A DNA stretch of 58,154 nucleotides, counting the filler, from Basidiobolus ranarum (taxonomy: Eukaryota): NCBI GenBank assembly GCA_040143965.1. It is 2 parts of 2 records of this genome, joined end to end, with 100 filler letters (N's around TTAATTAATTAA, not from the genome) between each part and the next. Parts side by side here need not be neighbours in the genome. Positions count along the whole stretch, not along the records: positions 29,155 to 58,154 come from JASJQH010006984.1; 1 more part is not named here. One strand, written 5' to 3'. The notes beneath the pieces are model-generated. The model did no database searches. It was not told the DNA's origin and saw nothing but the letters and a program-made list of their open reading frames with translations. Of this stretch, positions 49,001 to 58,154 are shown in pieces; position 1 is the first letter of the stretch; each line of letters opens with the position of its first letter. A program made the translations under genes and the position numbers.

Positions 49001-51935
49001 GATATACACTAGTCTCGCTGCAACAGATGCTTCAAATCTCGATGTTCGTTCACAAGAGCTGAAAGCGGTATTACAAACCTGGCGAGACAGACTTCCCAAC
49101 ATATGGGATGACATTAATGTTTGGAGTGATCTTGTTGCATGGAGACGTCATATCTTCAACATTATTAACAAAACCTATCTCCCATTGATTCCGTTACTCA
49201 AGGCCAATGGAACAAGTAATTCCAATAGCAACTCGTTCGCTTACCGTGGATATCATGAAACCGCATGGATCATAAATCGGTTTGCACATGTGGCTAGAAA
49301 GCATCATTTGGTGGATGTTTGTATCAACTATTTGAATCAGATCTATACTCTTCCCAATATTGAAATTCAAGAGGCTTTTCTGAAACTTCGGGAACAAGCC
49401 AAATGTCACTTTCAAAATCCGGTGGAGCTTGCCATTGGATTAGATGTTATTAATAACACAAATCTTATGTACTTTGGCTCTCAGCAAAAAGCGGAATTCT
49501 TCACTCTTAAGGGGCTTTTCCTCTCGCGATTGGGGATGCACGAAGAAGCAAACCAAGGATTTTCAACGGCCATTCAAATTGACCCAACAATGGCATTTGC
49601 CAAGGGTTGGGGAGCTTGGGGTCAGTATAATGATCAAATGTTCAAAGAAAAGCCTACTGAAACTACGTGGGCCGTACATGCTGTGGATTGCTATCTTCAT
49701 GCCGCTGGAACTTATAAAAACGCGAAATCTCGTAAATTTTTGGCCAGGATCCTTTGGTTACTTAGTCTTGATGATGCTCAAGGTAGTATTGCGGCTGCTT
49801 TTGAGAATTATAAAGGAGAAGTCCCCGTATGGTATTGGATTACTTTTATCCCGCAGCTTTTGATTTGCCTTTCACAACGTGAAGCTAAAGTCTCTCGACA
49901 TATTCTCATCAAGATTGCGAAAGCATATCCTCAGGTACTCTTTTATTTAATCTATCACCAAATACCCTTTCATTAACCTTTGTATCAGGCTTTACATTAT
50001 ATTCTGAGAACAACAAAAGAAGAATATGGAATCATTCGTAGACAGTCATCCGCACAAAACAATGGAAACTCTAACGCTCAGGCTGCTACACCCAACAACA
50101 ATGACAATAAATCTTCTGACGCCCAACCCTCAAACTCAGATACATCTTTGGCATCCGAACCGAACCCCACCTCTTCTGAATCTACCGAACTCACCAATGA
50201 AGCCAAGCCTCAGGGAGATTCTACTAGCAAACCACTTGATTCCCAGACTAAACCTGAACCTAATAGCGCCTCAACGACTGCAGACAAGTCTCCAAGCAGT
50301 GGAAACGCCAATGGTTCAAGTACGAGACACCCATGGGAGCATGTGGATGAGATTGTGGCTATACTGAAAACCGCATATCCTTTACTTGCTTTATCTATGG
50401 AAACCATGGTCGATCAGATTCTTCAACGCCTTAAGCCGACTTCCGAAGAAGATATCTATCGAATTCTTTCGATCTTCCTTAACGATATCGTCAAACTGGT
50501 TAGCACACAAATAGATAATATGCTCTTTACTGACCAGATACCGCCTGCGATTGAGGCAACATTGAAACGCTTCGCAGATACTTTATACCCTGGTCATATC
50601 AAGATAGCCTTCCAACGCGATTTTATTGTTGAAAAGCTCACGCTGACTCAGTATATTACCAAGTTGCGTGAATGGAGAGACAAATTTGAATCGATTTTGG
50701 ACAGTCGTCCTCGTCGACACAACCTTGAACAGTATAGTCATTATTTGGTAGAATTTGGACATCAGAAATTTGACGATGTTGAAATCCCTGGTCAATATTT
50801 ATTACTGAAAGACGACAGCAATGATTTCATTCGTATTGATCGATTCCAACCTGAGATCAGAACTTTCCGTCGAGACGGTAACTATTTCAAAGCCATTACC
50901 ATTCGTGGCCACGATGGTAGTTTACACCCCTTCTGTATTCAACATCCCTCACCCAAGTTCAGTAGAAGGGAGGAAAGAACCACTCAATTCTTCAGACTTA
51001 TGAACTGTATACTAGCCAAGCGAAAGGAAAGTCGCCAAAGAAGCCTATCTTTCCACCTACCAATTGTGGTTCCTCTAGCACCAAACACTAGACTTGTACA
51101 GGACGACCCCTCTTATACATCACTACAAGAAATCTATGAAGACTATTGTGACGAAGTCGGAATACACAAAGATGACCCAGTTGTATTTTATTTAGACAAA
51201 CTCCGCACACTTCTGTCCGATAAGAAAGATAAACACGAGATTCTTGATTTGAAGATTGAGCTAGCTGATGAAATCTCCACCAAGATGGTACCCAACACGT
51301 TGCTATCCAAGTACATGGAAAATACCATGAGTTCTTACTGCGATCTCTTCACTATGCGTAAGCAATTCACGACTCAGATGGCAGCAGTTTCATTTATGAG
51401 CTACACATTATGCATTGGACAACGCTACCCACACAAGATACACATTTCACGAACTAGCGGTAACATATGGTCAGCAGAGCTGCATCCTTCAACCACACCC
51501 GATCAGCTTGCCACTCAGAATGAACCTGAGCCCGTACCGTTTAGATTTACCCCCAACATTCAAACATTCATCACGCCCATGGGTATCGAAGGCGTATTCA
51601 ACAGCTCTTTCATGGCCATTGCCCAATGTCTAATTGAGTCGGAAAGTAACCTTATGGACTATCTTTGTGTATTCTTGCATGATGAACTTGTCACGTGGCA
51701 TGGTGCCAATCTCAAAGCAGTTCAAGGGCGTAAACCACTGAAGGAACAGGTTTTACAGAATGTCAACGGGATTTTAGACCGAATTCAGAACGTCTCGTAC
51801 AGATCCGTTAAAGATAAGAATCCAGCCTCTACCACCACAACCCCAATCAATCAGGCAGTTTTAGACTTGGTAGCGCAAGCGAGTAATCCGAACAAGCTAT
51901 CTCAAATGGACTGTATGTGGATGCAGTGGTTGTAA
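40004..51935 (+). CDS. TRA1: Tra1/TRRAP PIKK pseudokinase (SAGA/NuA4 scaffold), about 11 exons
   Basis: SFKVLTECPIIVVLLFQ, LFVELCLTVPVRLSVLLPYL, GLRTLELCIDNL, AYRGYHETAWIINRFAHVARKH, IRGHDGS, EPVPFRFTPNIQ, C-terminal FATC. About 9 introns within 40068-42105, a 7.8-kb exon, and a last intron at 49935-49988. Confidence 0.97.
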
Positions 51936-52308
51936 CATATTTTTAACAAGATGCCATTTATCTTCATAATCATTGTATTTGTTTATTATTTCTGTTCCGT
52001 TGTTTGTTTCATGTAGCCGCCAATTAATGCTAGAATCAATTCATCCATTTCTAAATTCCACTCAAATTATCACGCAATAAAGTATGTACTTTGCTATTGA
52101 TATACCTGTTATCTCGAGTAATTCATTGCTACTGATATTTATCTGCTATCTCGAGTTCGTAAGATCAGCGAAAGCATCTTAGAGCCCCTATTTTCTCCTT
52201 ATATGGAGATGGTGGATCCGAGGTCGCAACAAATCAACCATCAACCATCGTGTGTAGCAATCATCATTCAAATTTAGAAAATCTGATAGGTGGGGCGGAG
52301 GAAAGAGA

Positions 52309-52447
52309 ATGAGTCATTTTGTGTAATCTACCTACAATAGAGTTTGTGTTCTTTTTGCTTAGGTACGGAATCCACACATGCTCTGCTCCATAGGCCTCAA
52401 TGTGCGTTACACACACGCGTATATTAACATCAATTCCTGTATATAAA
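52309..52447 (+). promoter_or_regulatory. Gcn4/CpcA (AP-1-type) site and TATA box upstream of ARO7
   Basis: ATGAGTCAT at 52309-52317; TATATAAA at 52440-52447; ATG at 52484. Confidence 0.6.
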
Positions 52448-52483
52448 GTCACAGATGTTGCATGAAATATTTCTTACATCAAG

Positions 52484-53251
52484 ATGGATTTTCTCAAGAC
52501 TGGAGATACTTTACCCTTGGATCAGTTCCGAGACACATTAATTCGTCTAGAAGACACGATTATATTTGCACTAATTGAACGGGCACAGTTCGCTACCAAT
52601 GATAACATCTACAAGTTGAACCAATTCGAGTTTGACGACCAAACTGACATCTCCTTCCTTGAATATATCCTTCACCAGTTGGAAATATCTCACGCTAAAG
52701 TTCGAAGATACACGAGTCCTGATGAGTATCCCTTTACTTCCAACCTCCCTGAACCTATCTTGCCACCATTGGACTACCCAAAGATATTACATCCAAACAA
52801 TATCAATATCAACAAGAAACTCTATGAAATATATATACAGAAAATCGTCCCCACTATCTGCGCTGAAGGTGACGATCAAAACTACGGAACCTCAGCTACT
52901 AGAGATGTTGAGTGTCTTCAAGCACTTTCTAGACGTATTCACTACGGAAAGTTTATTGCTGAAGCGAAATTCAACGATCCAGAACTCCATGACACATACG
53001 TAAAGCTAATTAAGGCTCGTGACTCTCAAGGCATTTACGATCTCTTGACTAACCTTGTCGTAGAAGAGAAACTACTCAAACGTCTCCGCCAAAAAGCTTC
53101 TATTTACGGGCAAGATATTTCAACCGATGGAGCGATTCCAGATAATGCGAGTAAGATTGCGGTGGATGCCGTAATTAACCTTTATAAAGACTTCGTGATA
53201 CCTCTAACGAAGGAAGTGGAGGTAGAATATCTTCTCAAGCGTTTGGAATAG
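52484..53251 (+). CDS. ARO7: Chorismate mutase (eukaryotic AroQ type), intronless
   Basis: LIRLEDTIIFALIERAQF, VRRYTSPDEYPF, DVECLQALSRRIHYGKFIAEAKF, VIPLTKEVEVEYLL. Confidence 0.97.
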   Translation: MDFLKTGDTLPLDQFRDTLIRLEDTIIFALIERAQFATNDNIYKLNQFEFDDQTDISFLEYILHQLEISHAKVRRYTSPDEYPFTSNLPEPILPPLDYPKILHPNNININKKLYEIYIQKIVPTICAEGDDQNYGTSATRDVECLQALSRRIHYGKFIAEAKFNDPELHDTYVKLIKARDSQGIYDLLTNLVVEEKLLKRLRQKASIYGQDISTDGAIPDNASKIAVDAVINLYKDFVIPLTKEVEVEYLLKRLE

Positions 53252-53589
53252 TAACAGTGTATTTTGACTATCATGTATTTAATATGTACCTTTTGTTCGG
53301 TAACTACTTATAAATAGCATTACTGAGTTTTCCCTCTTGTCAATATACAGTATCGTCTTTCATTTAAAGAAAAAAAATTAAAGTTCAATCCTCGCTTGAT
53401 AAATGGGAATATTACTTTCATCATGTCTATACATATTTACTGTATCAAGTGCGATCACGATTTTTAAAATGAAGCCTGTATTGCATTGAATTTAGATTAT
53501 CTTTAGATTTCAATATTAAAAGATGATTTATTTCACAACTCAATTAAAAAATAGAGGGATACTTTTATTCGATAAAAAAGTGATATTCT

Positions 53590-53886
53590 TTAATGAGAGC
53601 ATTGACAGTTTGCTCCACAAGTGCAGCCTGAACCTTCAGCACCACCACAAGAGCAAGCGTGAATAGGTTTTTCCTTACTTTTATCTCCACATTTACAGTT
53701 AGCCCCACAATCACAAGAAGCACCTTTAGTTCCGGCACAAGAACAAGCATTTACTTGCCCATCCTTTCCAGAGCCACATCCACAGCCAGAGGTTTTCACA
53801 TCAGAACTGGTACATTGACAATTCGTCCCACAACCACATGAAGGACCACAAGTAGCGCATGCTTTAACTTCTTTTCCTGTATTCAT
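53590..53886 (-). CDS. Metallothionein (98 aa, 20 Cys, modular)
   Basis: ATG at 53886 (MNTGKEVKAC...); nine CxC pairs and one CxxC; no aromatic residues; C-terminal His. Confidence 0.88.
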   Translation of the reverse strand: MNTGKEVKACATCGPSCGCGTNCQCTSSDVKTSGCGCGSGKDGQVNACSCAGTKGASCDCGANCKCGDKSKEKPIHACSCGGAEGSGCTCGANCQCSH

Positions 53887-54483
53887 CTTAATATGAGCAA
53901 TAGTATTTAGGTAGGGAGGGGAAGTGTTTTTAGAAGGTGAAGATGAAGGCAAGGATTGGATACTCAACTCTGCTTAAACTAAGGGGGAAATGTCACTTTA
54001 TACCAGATGGTGGCTTAGCTTCATCCATTACGAACGACATATCACAGATCTTGAAATCACGAGTTGTACCAGTGTGAATACTGGTTTACTAAAACCTTTA
54101 TTTGAGGGGGCAGGAGTTACTTCCATATCTGACCACAATACAATGGACCAGTTTAGCACTGAGCTCAAGTGCGTCTTTGATTGGAGTCTAGAGGGTGTAG
54201 ATTTACAAACCACTGGACTCACATGTAAATGATGAATCTGAAACGCTCTCTAAGGTGTATGTAGATGTGGATATAGATATGGATTTATATACTGGTATTG
54301 ATATGCGATTTCAAGAGGTAAATTCAATTTTTCTTAAGAAAAAATCAAGGTCCCGTGTGGGAATTTCAAAAATTCCATGGGGTTTTTTAAAAACTACCTC
54401 GATTGAGTGGAAACCCTCCTTTTCGTCGTTAGGTACCGGATTGTAATTAGATTAATTCTGATCCATCCATCCTTTGAGTAAAC

Positions 54484-55057
54484 ATGCCTCCCAAGTCTGA
54501 CCCAAACGAAGTAAAGATCAGTAAGTCATATTCCTTGCAGCGGTTCTGACAGTGAGATTTTTGAAGGCTTTTAGTAATCATTATTTCGTACTTCAGTCTA
54601 TCTTAGAGCTACTGGTGGTGAAGTTGGTGCTTCTTCTGCCCTTGCTCCCAAGATCGGTCCTCTCGGTCTCTCCCCCAAGAAGGTCGGTGAAGATATTGCC
54701 AAGGCTACTCAGGATTGGAAGGGTCTCAGAATTACCATTCAGTTGACCATTCAAAACCGTCAAGCTGCTGTGTCTGTTGTCCCCTCCGCATCTTCCTTAG
54801 TTATTAGAGCCCTCAAAGAGCCTATCCGTGATCGTAAGAAGGAGAAGAACATCAAGCACTCTGGAAACATCACTTTAGATGATGTTATTGAGATTGCTAG
54901 AACTATGCGCTTCAAGTCCTTGGCCCGTGAACTTAAGGGTACTGTCAAGGAAATCCTTGGTACTTGTTTCTCAGTTGGTTGTACCGTTGACGGTCAAAGT
55001 CCTAAGGATCTTTCGGATGCCATTGATGAAGGAGAAGTTGAAATCCCCGAGAACTAA
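54484..55057 (+). CDS. RPL12: 60S ribosomal protein L12 (uL11), 2 exons
   Basis: [50 protein letters not shown]...[21 protein letters not shown]; intron 54521-54596. Confidence 0.97.
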
Positions 55058-55138
55058 GCCATTCTCTTCCTTGTACAACCACTGGTCATTCGTATTTAAT
55101 TAAAAGCATGTAAACCAAATAAACCACCATATATGTAA

Positions 55139-56360
55139 TCATGAATTCATCTCAGTTCTTCTACGTTGGATCTCTTGCTTTAGATTCTCGGTGTAGCCGT
55201 ACAGTAACGCATCGAAGAAGCCTATGAATTGGGTGGCTGCCTGTAAATTGGTCAAAACATTGCTATGGCCACCACCCATTTCGAGTAAACGATTCAGTAT
55301 CCCCGGTAACCAGCAAATGGTGTACATCATAGGGTATAAGCACATCTTCAGCATCACTCTGGTGATCCTTCTTTCGTCGTTTGGAGTTCTTCTGATGATG
55401 GAGGTGAACTTATTCTCCTTTTTCAGTCCAATCTTTATCAATAGCGCTTTAAATCTGTGTTTCGATGAAGAGTCGGAAGTAACCGAGTTATCGTGGAGAT
55501 CCGAGGCATCTATGGATAGTAATGAGTGCTCAGCTAACTCGATTTCTCGAAGTGTCAAGTGGGTATTGTCAGTGGGTAGATCATTAGTGGCTGGATTGGA
55601 TTTTCTTAGAAGTATAAACAATCGAATATAAAAGAAGAACACCAAAGGTATAATCATGAATCGAAACCCATGAGTTAAGGCATAACGAACCCATACAGGA
55701 TATGGCGGTAGCCAACACCAATTTCCACTAACTATTGAATATACCACAAGTTAGAAACTTACTTTTCAACCTATGCTCTAACTCACTCACCTGGTACATA
55801 GCCTACGGTAAATAATCCGACTAGGGAGGTGGTAAGTGAGACCCCCCAAATGCATAAATATAGCCAGGGCTCATATATTTGAAGAAAGTTCGAAGAATGC
55901 AACCACTCTAAAGGCTTAGATATTGCAACAAAAGTTACTATTGCCGTCAGTAAAGTGGAGAAATCTTGTGCCTAAAAAAGGTACAAACTGGTCAATTTTC
56001 TAGTTCCATAATGTTTAATATAGACCGGTTCGCACGACAACCTGCACAGTTAACTGTCCTATGAAGCCATTGGCAGTACAAAAAATATCTGGTTGTAGAG
56101 ATCCTTCTTTGTACTGTTTTACACCAGATACTACATTGTTTAGAGAATTTGAAAAATCTACGAATGTACAAGCTTCATTAGCATAGTTCTGGAAGTTCAG
56201 TATATAATGGAGAATAACCAGCTATGGAGAGACTAAGAATCAACCGATGTCTGTAAGTTCGACAGGAAGGAAGAAGGATGTAACATAGAATTAAAAGTAA
56301 ACTAGCTATCGTACTTAATGAACTTCCTATCAAGCTACTAAGGGAAAAGGCACCTTCCAT
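55139..56360 (-). CDS. 7-TM GPCR, Git3/Gpr1 / cAMP-receptor-like, 4 exons
   Basis: TM1, RHRLILSLSIAD, CTANGFIGQLTVQAQD, GNWCWL, YPMMYTICWLPGILNR, GFFDALLYG; introns 56158-56218, 55972-56041, 55732-55790. Confidence 0.87.
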
Positions 56361-57087
56361 AATCAACAAACATATGTCTAGGTAAACACGGAGTATCGGT
56401 TATTCAGTAAAGTGTATCGATATTAAATGATACCAGCATAAAGTATAATGTACTCTCACGGTCATGAAACCAATTATTCACTCTAGTGAAATTGAAGAAT
56501 CTTCCAAACGTTTCTCTGTAAAAATGACACAATAACCGGGAGTTGTTCATATGGAGTCAACCTAATGCTTCATAATTTGAGATCACAGGTGATACTTAAT
56601 TTGAAACCAATTTGAGAAGTATACATTAGATATGGACTATTGCTATGGTATATGTTATACCATATATATACCTTTTGATCACTAATGCATCGGGCTGTGT
56701 GGGGAGCATGCCGTATTGTTTATATTTGCTGAAACTTTTTTCCACATTGACTCGGATACAATCGCCTGTTTAGTTGTAACTTATTCATATGCGTCGCACT
56801 AACCAGTTTCTTCACACCATTGCAGAGAACTCAACTGACCGAGTCTGATAGCTGAACTATCATTAAAAAGGCTTCACTTTACCAAACCTTAAAGTACACT
56901 AGTTGAAAGGGTTCAAAAGTGTACTATTTATCCAATAACTATTCATCCGGTTAAGAAAGTACAATGTTCACTATAACTCACAGCTCTCCCTCTGCCACAC
57001 TACTACATTTGCCTGTGTTAAACTTTAGCACCAGTATAAAGATAGGCAACAACCATAAAAATTTCTCTTACCCAAGTTAGTATGATG

Positions 57088-58000
57088 TGTAAAGTATTTT
57101 TGGAGTTTGTTGGAATTGGCTTAGATGGCTTTCACTAATCGATTTATTGAGTAGAAAGTTGCCATTCAAAGATTTGTTGAGATATAAGCAAACTAATATG
57201 TAGAATGCTTTAGGGAATTTCCCAGAAACATGTGCACAAAGTTTGGTGGAAATTGGAAAAATCCATATATCTGAGAACTTCTAAGTTTCTGTCAATATTC
57301 TAAGCAAAATCTGATTAAGAACAATTGGTATTATCTTAGTGAAATATTTGATAGCAAATACAAAGCTATGTATTACTCTATACGTATTTAGACAATGCCA
57401 ATTTCAGCACACTCCCCCAACTAAATAGCCACATAAACTTTTAAAGTAGTTGGGAGCCTGTTGGAAGTGGTTCGGAGAATTAGAGAAGTTTATGGTTTTC
57501 ACTTATTGGTTTATTGACTAGAAAGCTGACATTTATTGTTTTTTCAAAATGTAAGCAAACCAACAAATAGAATGTGCTACAAAAGGTCCCAGTAACATAT
57601 GGCAAAGTTTGAGGCATCTAGCACAAGTTTGAAAAAAACTGTATCTCTGAGAACTTCTAAGTTGGTAAAAATAATCCAAGTAAATTCTAATTGAGAAAAA
57701 TGGGAACTATCTTGGTGAAATATTGGATAACTAAATACTAACCAATATATGACTATATAGGTGCTTAGGCAATGCTAATTCAACACTGTCTCTCAACTAA
57801 ATAGTCATATAAGCTAATCCTAAGGAAGGTCCAAATTTCTCAAATTTCTGTCTAGCTAATGGTTTAATTGATATATTATCAATCATATCTTCTGTGGAAC
57901 AATAAGGTAAGTCTATAAACTTATTCCCTATAGTCTCTCTAATGAAATGATGCCTCATATCTATATGTTTGCTTTTACTATGAAACATGGAGTTTCAAAC
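57088..58000 (-). mobile_element. Decayed Ty1/copia retrotransposon 3' end: RNase H remnant, PPT and two tandem LTR-like copies
   Basis: FHSKSKHIDMRHHFIRE...YCSTEDMI...KPL...KF...LGL at 57797-57988. LTR starts TGTTG at 57785 after a degenerate PPT; a second copy starts TGCTG at 57409 after TTGGGGGAG. Confidence 0.88.
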
Positions 58001-58154
58001 TAATTTGATACTGTTGGATAATTAATCTTCATTCAACATCATTGTTAACTTTAGTTATGATACATATATCAGAAACAGAAAGCAATGTATCTATAGCCCC
58101 TAAATTCTAAATACGAATATCTCTAAATCTATATAACAAGTATGTCTTATTACC

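Noticed and set aside
51380-51480. Missing DRH/DFG catalytic residues in the TRA1 kinase domain
   Set aside because: Expected: Tra1/TRRAP is a known pseudokinase, so this is not pseudogenisation.
12128-53886. Copper-handling cluster (multicopper oxidase plus metallothionein)
   Set aside because: 40 kb apart, separated by unrelated housekeeping genes and an artificial contig join.
54229-54241. ATGATGA...CTGA, resembling snoRNA C/D boxes
   Set aside because: Boxes are adjacent with no room for a guide, and no terminal stem was seen.

Overview
Eukaryotic, AT-rich, gene-dense window with short (about 55-80 nt) GT-AG introns. Gene content and intron style suggest an early-diverging (zygomycete-grade) fungus; this is inference. 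Left half: a truncated secreted His-rich ORF, an intronless RlmN/Cfr-family radical SAM methyltransferase, a HAM1/DUF4449-like protein, a Sec7-PH Arf GEF, DBF4, a multicopper oxidase, a KIAA0930/DUF2045 homologue, a neurobeachin-like BEACH-WD40 gene and a three-repeat, probably mitochondrial protein. An artificial N-TTAATTAATTAA-N spacer at 29055-29154 means the two halves may not be adjacent. Right half: a copia LTR fragment, a SERTA/Zds_C-like protein, a Cys-rich secreted protein, a TTAGGG-containing minisatellite, a HAL/NPR kinase, SPC1, TRA1, ARO7, a modular metallothionein, RPL12, a Git3/cAMP-receptor-like GPCR and a decayed Ty1/copia 3' end with a tandem PPT-LTR duplication. The strongest novelty candidates are the fungal RlmN-like enzyme, the DW-x-EA-x-RS-x-H repeat protein and the SERTA-like protein. 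I see no convincing multi-gene novel system. Exon boundaries were read by eye.
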